Positions 39,517-47,986 of a stretch of 50,039 nucleotides of DNA are shown here, one piece after another. Below the pieces are notes generated by a model. The model saw only the letters and a program-made list of their open reading frames with translations, was not told the origin of the DNA and made no database searches. Positions within the stretch are counted from its first letter, which is position 1. Each line of letters begins with the position of its first letter. Position numbers and translations under genes: made by a program. The stretch is from an uncultured Candidatus Saccharibacteria bacterium (GTDB lineage Bacteria; Patescibacteriota; Dojkabacteria; SC72; JAFGCJ01). The stretch covers positions 1 to 50,039 of the forward strand of contig CAYZTC010000008.1 of assembly GCA_964481345.1 (NCBI GenBank). The letters are read 5' to 3'.

Positions 39517-40335
39517 TTATATTAATTTCATATTCAAGCTCGTCGGGGTCTCTTTATATGATTTCAAGGACTCTTCAATATTCTGCATCTGCTTTTCTGA
39601 ATGATTGATAAGGAAAATTACAACTTTTTGTTCTAACTTGTCACTTAAATACGTAATCCAACCCCTTTGTCTATCAGATAACTTATCTTTTTCACTTTTA
39701 ACCTCAACAAATAACACAAAATTATCGGTGTAAACGACTAAATCAGGAATACCTGATCTAAGTTCTACGAAATTACTCAAAAGTCTTTGAATAATACTCA
39801 ATACAACATTCTTGTTTATGTATTTTAAGGGCTCTAACAATTCATCTAGCGAGTATTTATTCCAATTCTCAATTGGCCTACATGCTTTTCCTTTATTGTT
39901 ATTGTAAAACCTTCGTATCTCACCAAAATAGTCAATTCTTTTTAATTCAGCAAAGCGATTCTTGATAAGCTTTTCACGATTAGAATAAAACCGATTACTA
40001 AAAAAGTCATTTGGCATCCCGTTCCGAGAAATCATTGAATCAAAAATCCTATTAAAAATGCTTTCATTGGGTGAAACCACTCTTCTCCTCCCATTCTCAA
40101 TAACCTCTATCGCACCGAAAACTCTTGCAAAAATAATATCCCAAAAGAGTAAACACATTATTTCCCACCAAAAAGAATTTTCACTCCAAATTGCTTTATA
40201 CCCTTTCTCTTCATAATATTTAATTACTGATTGCTCCGGGAGATAATCAGAGTCTTTATATATGTACATTTTTCTTGACTCTAAGGAACTAGAAGCTGAT
40301 GTTTTAAGTTCAATATTCTTAATAAGAAGAGACAT
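39517..40335 (-). CDS. VRR-NUC (FAN1-like) nuclease
   Basis: PE, SEN, LLFWD, P.DF, RSGIPDL, VEVK...DKLS..Q..W. Confidence 0.88.
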   Translation of the reverse strand: MSLLIKNIELKTSASSSLESRKMYIYKDSDYLPEQSVIKYYEEKGYKAIWSENSFWWEIMCLLFWDIIFARVFGAIEVIENGRRRVVSPNESIFNRIFDSMISRNGMPNDFFSNRFYSNREKLIKNRFAELKRIDYFGEIRRFYNNNKGKACRPIENWNKYSLDELLEPLKYINKNVVLSIIQRLLSNFVELRSGIPDLVVYTDNFVLFVEVKSEKDKLSDRQRGWITYLSDKLEQKVVIFLINHSEKQMQNIEESLKSYKETPTSLNMKLI

Positions 40336-40392
40336 ACATATTTATTATAACAAAAAAGAAGATTTCAAAGACAAGATATCCTGTGGCAAGCA

Positions 40393-40563
40393 AGACAGAC
40401 CTCGACAAGGACTGTCCCCATCAAAAGAAACACTAAATAAATCAGCTTCACAACCAAATCATGAACTTTCAGCAAATATTGTAAATTCTTTGAAAAGAAT
40501 AAAACGCTAAATTAACAACGTTTTCCTAATACAAGTAGAGACAGCCCTTGACTAGGACCGTCC
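40393..40563. repeat. Two 25-bp imperfect palindromes in direct orientation
   Basis: AGACAGACCTCGACAAGGACTGTCC (40393-40417) and AGACAGCCCTTGACTAGGACCGTCC (40539-40563), 21/25 identical. Confidence 0.7.
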
Positions 40564-41637
40564 TTAAGAAACTGTATCACCACCACCAGTCTTACTCTCT
40601 TCCGATTTCTTACTACTTTTCCTCTTTGAAACCAAATAGATAATCACACCAACAGCTATTAAAACAAGAACAATACCAAGAACGACTAAAATGACTCCCC
40701 AATTTGTACCTTCCAAATCTCCATTCCCTACGGCTATATCCTCTCCAGGTCCGTCCCCGCTACTTTCCTCCACACCGGCCTCTGACGTTTCAGCCCCAGA
40801 TATCTTTAAAGAATAGTTAATAATTTCGCTACTACACCACATATCACAAACAACCGCAACATAGACATAATCATCTTTCTCTGCAGTAACAGATGCTTTG
40901 ACTATTGCCCCTGGATTTGAAGCATATTCCTGTACTATAACTTCTCGATCACTGTCATATATATACAACTCAGGTTGTGCCTCCTCAGAAGGCGTTATCT
41001 CAATGCCAAGAGTTTGACCTTCTTCAATATTTATCTTGTAATAATCATCTTCATCACTACCTTCCTCCCCAGAAAGATAGCCTGTATAGGTTCCAGACCC
41101 AATATTTAGCGCACTGCCAAAACCATCACCTACATCTGACTGTGTTTCTGCATCATAACGATTAGTCACCGACAGATCCAAGCCAAATGAATCTATGTCC
41201 CATGTATCACTCCCCACTTTGAGATAATATTTATAGGAATCTTCATCTGCATTCGGAAGCCAAGAAACTGTAATGGATTCTTCTATTCCATAAATTGCAT
41301 CACTTGCTTCAACTAACTCCTCTTCATCTTCACTATACAAACTTAAAATTGCGAAAGCACCATAGTCAGGACTGGCAGGAGCGAATGTCCCTATTACCTG
41401 CAGCTCTTGCCCAGGTTTTAGACCATCAATATAAAAGTATACCATCTCACCATCCTCTAAGCCGCCACCCTGGTATGACCCGACTTCTATCTCAACTGCA
41501 CTTTCAAAACTATCTCCGCCCTCTACTGAGGTTTGAGCATAGACATTATTCTGCATACCCATGATCCCGACCAGAAACACCCCACAAAAGAAACTAATAA
41601 CTACCTTTGCCAAGGAACTTACCTTATGTTTTATCAT
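40564..41637 (-). CDS. Acidic surface protein with two PPC-like domains and a C-terminal membrane anchor
   Basis: Signal peptide (VYA-Q), repeats GDSFESA..I..GSY.G / GDGFGSA..I..GTY.G, DEDDYYKI, TM plus basic tail. Confidence 0.75.
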   Translation of the reverse strand: MIKHKVSSLAKVVISFFCGVFLVGIMGMQNNVYAQTSVEGGDSFESAVEIEVGSYQGGGLEDGEMVYFYIDGLKPGQELQVIGTFAPASPDYGAFAILSLYSEDEEELVEASDAIYGIEESITVSWLPNADEDSYKYYLKVGSDTWDIDSFGLDLSVTNRYDAETQSDVGDGFGSALNIGSGTYTGYLSGEEGSDEDDYYKINIEEGQTLGIEITPSEEAQPELYIYDSDREVIVQEYASNPGAIVKASVTAEKDDYVYVAVVCDMWCSSEIINYSLKISGAETSEAGVEESSGDGPGEDIAVGNGDLEGTNWGVILVVLGIVLVLIAVGVIIYLVSKRKSSKKSEESKTGGGDTVS

Positions 41638-41833
41638 ATCTTTAAACTAAAAAATGTTATCTGTAAATAGACTACTTATCTTCACTTTTATTGTCAAGAC
41701 ACTCATCATTAATTGTTACTGAAGAAAATACCAGAGTCTAATAAGCTTAACCAAATTATAAACATATCAGAGTAACCATTTAGGTCGTACTGGACTCGAA
41801 CAAGTGATCAGTTGACGCCAGGAAATAAGACAT

Positions 41834-42155
41834 ATGTATTTCGTGTGCGAATTTCGTAGTTTGGGGAATTTTGCAGTAAACCTGATAAATCATGACCGAA
41901 ATACCAAGCTCGAATTACTAATTACTCGAATTTTGCAACAGCAAAATTCATGGGTGATACTGAACTTGTCCTTCGGCAAGCTCAGGACTTAAACCTGTAA
42001 TCTGTCCACACTTCGAAGTGAGATACATGTATTTCGTGTGCGAGTTTCGTAGTTTGGGGAATTTTGCAGTAAACCTGATAAATCATGACCGAAATACCAA
42101 ATTCGAATTTCTAATTACTCGAATTTTGCGACAGCAAAATTCATGGGCGATACTG
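41834..42155. repeat. 129-bp tRNA-linked direct repeat (41834-41962 and 42027-42155)
   Basis: 193-bp period, six mismatches counted by eye; each copy ends in the tRNA-Val 3' terminus. Confidence 0.95.
41964..41990. repeat. 23-bp REP-like insertion inside a tRNA 3' fragment
   Basis: GTCCTTCGGCAAGCTCAGGAC with ACTT repeated 23 bp apart. Confidence 0.7.
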
Positions 42156-42218
42156 GAATTGAACCAGTGACCTTCACAATGTCAATGTGACGCTCTAAAC
42201 CAACTGAGCTAATCGCCC
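42144..42218 (-). tRNA. tRNA-Val(GAC)
   Basis: GGGCGATTAGCTCAGTTGGTTTAGAGCGTCACATTGACATTGTGAAGGTCACTGGTTCAATTCCAGTATCGCCCA; CCA not encoded. Confidence 0.95.
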
Positions 42219-42266
42219 ACTAATTAATTCTGCTAGACTTTTTCTTTCAAGTTCCTTTTCAATTCA

Positions 42267-42320
42267 CTAAACCTCCGCCAGAGGCGGGTCCGCCTTTAGC
42301 GGAAACTGAGCTAATTGCCC
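42267..42320 (-). pseudogene. tRNA-Val(GAC) 5' fragment interrupted by a 30-bp palindrome doublet
   Basis: CTAAACC + TCCGCCAGAGGCGGG-TCCGCCTTTAGCGGA + AACTGAGCTAATTGCCC versus tRNA CTAAACCAACTGAGCTAATCGCCC. Confidence 0.8.
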
Positions 42321-42442
42321 AAAACTTAGCAGAATGAATATTCCTTTATAACAACTATTAATATTTGACAGAACAAACTACCAGCCATACGAAGCATTAC
42401 TTCACCAAAGACTACGTAAATGTGAACCTCATGCGTAGTATA

Positions 42443-42479
42443 GAGCTAATCGCCCTTCGACAGGCTCAGGGCAAGCCCT
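42443..42479. repeat. Second tRNA-Val 5' fragment with a 23-bp REP-like insertion
   Basis: GAGCTAATCGCCC (42443-42455); minus strand GGG-CTTG-CCC-TGAGCCTGTCGAA-GGG; GCCCT repeated 23 bp apart. Confidence 0.8.
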
Positions 42480-42536
42480 AAATACCTGTATATTAAGATC
42501 TTAATAATATCCAACTTTTAAAGATATTCTGTCGAA

Positions 42537-42557
42537 GCCCTGAGCGAAGTCGAAGGG
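42537..42557. repeat. REP-like element downstream of clpP
   Basis: GCCCTGAGCGAAGTCGAAGGGC. Confidence 0.7.
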
Positions 42558-42579
42558 CCCCGTCGTAAAAAACATTACT

Positions 42580-43161
42580 TCACTTGATGATCTTATCAAC
42601 AATCCCATACTCTAGTGCCTCTTTCGAAGACATGTATTTATCTCTATCTGCATCCTTCTCAATCTTTGACTTAGACTTTCCTGTTTGCTTTGAAAGAATA
42701 GTATACAAACGATCTCTTATATCCAAAAGATTTTTTGCAGTAATCTCAATATCCGATGCCTGACCTTCAAGACCACGAACTATAGGCTGATGAATCATAA
42801 TTTCAGCATTGGGAAGAGCATATCTTTTCCCTTTTGTACCAGAAGAAAGTATCACTGCTGCCATACTTGCTGCAGCACCTACAGCTATAGTAGATACATT
42901 ACACTTTACGTAGTTCATTGTGTCTACTATGGAAAGTCCAGCGGCGATCTCACCACCATAGCAGTTGATATACATCTTTATATCTTCAGAGGGATTTGCC
43001 TTTTCAAGATAAAGAAGCTGGGCAATAATCAGATTTGCCATATTAACATTCACCTGGTTTCCAACAAAAATAATCCTATCCTCAAGTAACCTTGAGTAAA
43101 TATCATAAGCTTTTTCCCCTCTTGAGGTCTTTTCAATAACTGTAGGAATCAACATTGCCAT
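42580..43161 (-). CDS. clpP: ATP-dependent Clp protease proteolytic subunit
   Basis: YDIYSRLL..RII, AASMA, IMIHQP, GQASDI, DRD. Confidence 0.98.
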   Translation of the reverse strand: MAMLIPTVIEKTSRGEKAYDIYSRLLEDRIIFVGNQVNVNMANLIIAQLLYLEKANPSEDIKMYINCYGGEIAAGLSIVDTMNYVKCNVSTIAVGAAASMAAVILSSGTKGKRYALPNAEIMIHQPIVRGLEGQASDIEITAKNLLDIRDRLYTILSKQTGKSKSKIEKDADRDKYMSSKEALEYGIVDKIIK

Positions 43162-43412
43162 AACAACGCTATTATATCACAAGAGATATGAATTTTTGGG
43201 AACCTAACTATGCAATCTCTGGAGCCAGATTTGTTATCTGTATTTCTCCCGCTGCGCGGGGGAATCTATCTGTTTGATATTTCATGATGTATTTCAACAG
43301 ATAGACTCTACCCATTCACCACATAGGGTGCATGGTTAGAGATACAAGAAATACATAATCCCTATAGTAATTGAATTTTTGATATAATCCGACAAGGATC
43401 TTTAAAAGGAGT

Positions 43413-43646
43413 ATGGGGATGAAAATTGACAAAACGTATTTGGTAATTCTATTAATTGCGTTTTTCTTGTTCACACAAAAATTTTTCGCAACAGGGGTTT
43501 GTTTTCTCATATGGATAGTCGCATCAATAATAGATCAAAAAATTCCTAAGAAAGCAAAATCAAATCTCAAAAGAGTACAACCTAAACTTATTGCTTCACT
43601 TCCATTGCTTGGGTTGCTAATCGATGTATGGCTAATCAATTTATGA
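43413..43646 (+). CDS. Small hypothetical membrane protein
   Basis: 77 aa, three hydrophobic stretches; lies inside a 13-bp direct repeat. Confidence 0.5.
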   Translation: MGMKIDKTYLVILLIAFFLFTQKFFATGVCFLIWIVASIIDQKIPKKAKSNLKRVQPKLIASLPLLGLLIDVWLINL

Positions 43647-43903
43647 ACTGCTCAAACCTCCTAGGTAACCCAAAGATCCCACCCAGGAGTAAATTTCAAT
43701 GAAAACTTCAGAAAAACCGAATTATTGAATCTCTGGAGCCTGCGATAGAGTCTTTAACCACAATAGAAATGAAAACAAATCTGAACTATTCCAACCTGTG
43801 AAGCTAACCTATAACGAAATATAACACTTTCAAAGAATAACAATTCAAAATGGATGAACCTTTACAATCAAGAAAAACTAGTTAACAAGGTTATAGGTTA
43901 GCT

Positions 43904-44857
43904 TCACCACCCCGAGCTACTTCCACCTCCACCAAATGACCCACCTCCTGAAGAAAATCCCCCACCTGATGAACTACTACTACCACCTGAAGAAAAACCT
44001 CCCCAACTCCTTCCCCAAGATGTAGCCATCCCCTTTTTCTTTCTTTTTTTGTAGTTTTTCGAAAGAATATAATCAAAAAGCAAGCCAAGTCCTCCCAGTA
44101 CCAGCGGAAATATCAAAAATCCAAAGTACCTTAACATCCCAAAAAGGGTGAAAAGAGAAAACCAAAGCCCAGTAGCCATGCCAAGAACCACACCCACTAC
44201 TCCACCAGGCCACCATTTTTTTGTTCTTCCCAAAAATGCTGCCATATAAGGAAGCACAAAAAACAAGAAAATTATTCCACAGAAAAACGACTGACCGAAA
44301 AACATTCCAAACTGTTCACCGAAGTCTTGTTCAGACTCCACATCCTCTACTGTATATTCTCCCTCTACTGCCTCCAAAACCTTATCTACCCCTGCCCTCA
44401 CACCATCATCATAGTTACCTTCCCTAAAATGAGGCATTACATAATCGTCTTGAATGTGCTTTGTTAAAATATCAGGTAGAGCCCCTTCAAGACCGTATCC
44501 AACATCTATTCTCGTTGATCTGTCATCCACCACTATCGTGAGTATTACCCCATTATCATCTTCCTCCTGACCAGCGGCCCACTCAGGATTATTATCAGTC
44601 AATCTTGGAACAAATGACTCCAAAGTAACACTTTTGGGAAGTTCGTCTGTAGTAATGATCAATACTTGAGTGCCATCTGACTCTTCAAGTGCCCTTAGCC
44701 TCGCATCTAATTCATCATCAATTGTTAAAATTTCTGCAAAGTCATTTACATACCCCACAGGATTGGGAAAATCAATCCGATCTGCATATACAATACCTGA
44801 AAATGCCAATAAAAATACCAAGAACACTGAGGCAAATACAATAACCATCTTAATCAT
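43904..44857 (-). CDS. TPM-domain (YgcG-like) membrane protein
   Basis: GYVNDFA, DNGV, RIDVGYGLEGALPD, Gly/Ser tail FGGGGSSSGW; follows lemA. Confidence 0.93.
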   Translation of the reverse strand: MIKMVIVFASVFLVFLLAFSGIVYADRIDFPNPVGYVNDFAEILTIDDELDARLRALEESDGTQVLIITTDELPKSVTLESFVPRLTDNNPEWAAGQEEDDNGVILTIVVDDRSTRIDVGYGLEGALPDILTKHIQDDYVMPHFREGNYDDGVRAGVDKVLEAVEGEYTVEDVESEQDFGEQFGMFFGQSFFCGIIFLFFVLPYMAAFLGRTKKWWPGGVVGVVLGMATGLWFSLFTLFGMLRYFGFLIFPLVLGGLGLLFDYILSKNYKKRKKKGMATSWGRSWGGFSSGGSSSSSGGGFSSGGGSFGGGGSSSGW

Positions 44858-44879
44858 GGAATATTACTTTAATACCTTA

Positions 44880-45473
44880 TTATTCCTCCAGTGTAAGATC
44901 TACATCAGGAGCCTCTTCTGCTCCTTCCACTGATTCAAATCTGGACCTTTCCTCAAAATGTAGGAATAGCGAGTTAATCAAGCTATTTGGAAATGTCTTC
45001 AATGTCGTGTTGTAGTCTGTTATTTCCTCATTAAATCTATATCTTTCAGTAGAGATCCTATTTTCAGTGCCTTCAATCTGTGTCATAAGATCTTGTACTG
45101 TTTCGTTACTATCGAGTTCCGGATAGTCCTCCATGATTACAAGCAGTCTTGCAAGAGAACCCTCAAGATCATTTGCAGCCTCCACTTGTTCTTCACTTCC
45201 AGCAGAAGCCCCTGCATATCTTGTTCTTGCATCTGCAATTTCACCAAACACTGCCCTTTCCTGTCCAAGTACTCCTTTTACAGATTCCACAAGATTAGGA
45301 ATTAAGTCGTATCTCCTTTGATACTCAACCTCCACCTGTGCCCACTGTGTTTCTATTCCTTCATCCATAGTCACAAGACTATTGTTCAGACCAATCACCC
45401 TCATTACTATTGCACCAGCAATCAAGACTAGTCCAACGAGCACTAACCCTATTGTAAGAAATGTTTTCTTCAT
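44880..45473 (-). CDS. lemA: LemA family protein
   Basis: QRRYDLIPNLVE.VKG, E.YPEL, EGTENRI..ER..FN, FP. Confidence 0.95.
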   Translation of the reverse strand: MKKTFLTIGLVLVGLVLIAGAIVMRVIGLNNSLVTMDEGIETQWAQVEVEYQRRYDLIPNLVESVKGVLGQERAVFGEIADARTRYAGASAGSEEQVEAANDLEGSLARLLVIMEDYPELDSNETVQDLMTQIEGTENRISTERYRFNEEITDYNTTLKTFPNSLINSLFLHFEERSRFESVEGAEEAPDVDLTLEE

Positions 45474-45515
45474 TTTTTATTATTTTAATAAATAAGTTAA
45501 GAACTTTACTAATTT

Positions 45516-45908
45516 CTACGCTTTCTCTGCTGGACTAGTACCTTTCTGTGGTCCCCACTCTTTTCTCTTTGTGAAGAAGTAGACAAAATCCACAATTGGT
45601 ACAAAAAGTAATAAAAGTATCCAAAGTATCTTCTGGTCATCAGGTGCATATCTGATAGCATGAATAAGCATAACTATTCTGAAAACAGTAAATCCAAGTC
45701 CCAACACAGCTAGACAACACCATACCACCCATATAAAAATCCCCATACTTGTGAATAATGTCTCAAAAACCCCAGCATCAGAGGTAGTTTCATACCCATA
45801 TGTACTATCCGTGTAGTCATCTCCATAGTCCCACTGTGCAAATGCAATCTGCACTCCTCCAAGGAAGACCATCAGGATTGCTAAAATTGAGGCTATTATT
45901 TTCTTCAT
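45516..45908 (-). CDS. Hypothetical membrane protein
   Basis: Signal peptide, TM, MLIHA...KILWILLL..P....VYFF (PLDc_N-like hairpin). Confidence 0.7.
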   Translation of the reverse strand: MKKIIASILAILMVFLGGVQIAFAQWDYGDDYTDSTYGYETTSDAGVFETLFTSMGIFIWVVWCCLAVLGLGFTVFRIVMLIHAIRYAPDDQKILWILLLLFVPIVDFVYFFTKRKEWGPQKGTSPAEKA

Positions 45909-45928
45909 AAAATTAGAACAGTATTAAT

Positions 45929-46999
45929 TTATTTTGATTCTCCTGAACCTTTCTTTTTAGAACCTTTTAACTTAAAGGTTTCAGGATCTACTTCTTCAAG
46001 AAATGACTGAAAAGCCTTTCTTTTAAGTATAACCCTCCCAATATATCCTCTCCATTCCTTATTGTCAAACAGTTTAGAATTAGCTTCGGGAGAGCGCTTC
46101 TTTATCATTTCAACCTCACTTTCAAGTTCACTTTTAGAGACTTTAATTTTTTTCTCTTTGGAATACTTTGATAATAACAGATCATTTTTTAAAGCCTCTT
46201 TAGAGTCTTTCATCCACTGGTCTCTCATTTGTTCCATAGTTACTCCTCTTATTTTACAAAACTGTTCAGGAGTCACTTTCATTGATTTCACCTGAGTATT
46301 GAACGAGTTCTCCCTTGCTTCAGCCTCGACATGAACCATTCCGTCAGGAACTTCAACACCGGCTAACCCAATCGCTTTTGACATTAAATCACTTTGATAC
46401 TTTTGAAACACCAGCCTTTCCTTTTCACTTCTAATCGAATCTTTTAACTCCCTTCTTAAAGCAGTCATAGTTTTAGACTTAAATCCAAGCTTCTTGGATA
46501 GAGCTTTCACCCAACTATCATCCTTATTTTTCGCCTTATCCCGATGTTCATTCCACATATGTTTTACCAATTCGTCTACATCTTTTTCAGAAACACTTAA
46601 AGATTCCTTTTTCACTTTTGCCTTTAAACTCGAAATATTAGGTAAATCAAAGGGTGGAACAATTAGGACTATTGCTTTTATTTTCGCACCTTTTTTCACA
46701 TCAACACTTTCGATTTGATAGGAAAGTGGGGCTGCTGGAAGGATATCTTCTTTTTGTAGAATCTCAGTAGCATACTTTGGCAACAGCTCCTCAAGTGCAA
46801 ATTGTTGAGCCTTCATGCCAACAGATGACTCTACAACATTGATTGGGGCTTTACCCTTTCTAAATCCTTTCATCTCAACACCTTTGGAGAGTTTTTTTAG
46901 CTGTTTATCATATTCCTTCCCAAGATCCGACTTTGAGATATTTATTACCAAATCTGTCTGAGTATTTGAAACTTTCTTTTTTTCATAATCCAAATCCAT
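45929..46999 (-). CDS. tig: Trigger factor (PPIase domain largely absent)
   Basis: GFRKGKAP ribosome-binding motif; C-terminal domain; about 356 aa. Confidence 0.92.
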   Translation of the reverse strand: MDLDYEKKKVSNTQTDLVINISKSDLGKEYDKQLKKLSKGVEMKGFRKGKAPINVVESSVGMKAQQFALEELLPKYATEILQKEDILPAAPLSYQIESVDVKKGAKIKAIVLIVPPFDLPNISSLKAKVKKESLSVSEKDVDELVKHMWNEHRDKAKNKDDSWVKALSKKLGFKSKTMTALRRELKDSIRSEKERLVFQKYQSDLMSKAIGLAGVEVPDGMVHVEAEARENSFNTQVKSMKVTPEQFCKIRGVTMEQMRDQWMKDSKEALKNDLLLSKYSKEKKIKVSKSELESEVEMIKKRSPEANSKLFDNKEWRGYIGRVILKRKAFQSFLEEVDPETFKLKGSKKKGSGESK

Positions 47000-47108
47000 A
47001 ACTGGGAGAGTATACCATAACACAATATAACACTTAAAACCTTAGCCTTAACTATTTACAGTGAATTTACCAGACATTACCTAATAGAAAACTAAACTCT
47101 GAATACTT

Positions 47109-47138
47109 CTATATCACTGAGCTGACCCAATCTTGAAC
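47109..47138 (-). repeat. Synonymously recoded copy of the sortase 3' end
   Basis: Encodes VQDWVSSVI-stop, as does 47194-47223. Confidence 0.9.
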
Positions 47139-47193
47139 CGTTTACAGTGAAATTAACAAATAATCAGGAGAAAAGAAATGACTTCGAATATTT

Positions 47194-47862
47194 TCAAATC
47201 ACCGAACTTACCCAGTCTTGAACTGCTATAACCACTAATCGTTTTTCCGAAGTCCAAAGTGGAGTACAAGTTACTAAGGTAAGCTGATAATCAGTGATAT
47301 TGCTGAAAATCCTAGCGTCGTTTTTTTCAGTTTCATAAACCTTTACTACTGTATATTCAAACTTTCTACCATTTTGACTCACAAATACTTTGTCACCTGC
47401 ATCTACCTTATCTAAATTAAAAAAAGTCAGCGAACTTGGAGGTAATTTATCAAATCTATGCCCAAATATCACGGTACTGCCTCTCTGACCTGGTTCACTA
47501 GACAAAGGATGATGCCAAAATCCCCTAAACATACTATATTGCGACTGGCCATCTACGACCTTTCCATTTACTGATATCGTAGGAATACTTAAGGTTGTGT
47601 TTTTTTGTTCTAAATTTGCAACCTCAATATTATCAGGGACATACTCTACTGTATTTTCTTCATCATCTTCTTCATAGGCCGGTTCCGTAAGTTTTACTAA
47701 AAATTGCATTGTGGATTGAAATCCGATTTCATATGGCAACACATCACCAATTTCATTTCTCACTTCGATATATTTTGGAATCAACGGGTAGACTATAAAA
47801 AACCCTACCGCACTGACGAATACAAGAGTTATCAAACCTGTAAGTATTTTGTATAGTTTCAT
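47194..47862 (-). CDS. Sortase
   Basis: N-terminal TM, LSIPTI, VIFGHR, LTLVTCTP, RLVV. Confidence 0.92.
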   Translation of the reverse strand: MKLYKILTGLITLVFVSAVGFFIVYPLIPKYIEVRNEIGDVLPYEIGFQSTMQFLVKLTEPAYEEDDEENTVEYVPDNIEVANLEQKNTTLSIPTISVNGKVVDGQSQYSMFRGFWHHPLSSEPGQRGSTVIFGHRFDKLPPSSLTFFNLDKVDAGDKVFVSQNGRKFEYTVVKVYETEKNDARIFSNITDYQLTLVTCTPLWTSEKRLVVIAVQDWVSSVI

Positions 47863-47986
47863 TTCTAAAATGATTATCTCAGAAAAACATTGTTTTATCA
47901 AAGTATTTCCAGCCAATTGCAGATGGCATTACGCTATTGTATAATGACGATATAATATTGCTATATAAATTATTAATCCTTCATAT

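Noticed and set aside
41834-42155. CRISPR array
   Set aside because: Only two long copies, no repeat-spacer series, no cas genes.
41781-42479. Split or intron-containing tRNA
   Set aside because: An intact contiguous tRNA-Val(GAC) is present; the fragments are short, mutated and lack a clear anticodon arm.
43891-44030. GGT/AGT-rich repeats
   Set aside because: Explained by the normal Gly/Ser tail of TPM-domain proteins.
47109-47223. DGR template/variable repeat pair
   Set aside because: Differences are synonymous and not adenine-specific, the repeat is only 30 bp, and no reverse transcriptase is present.
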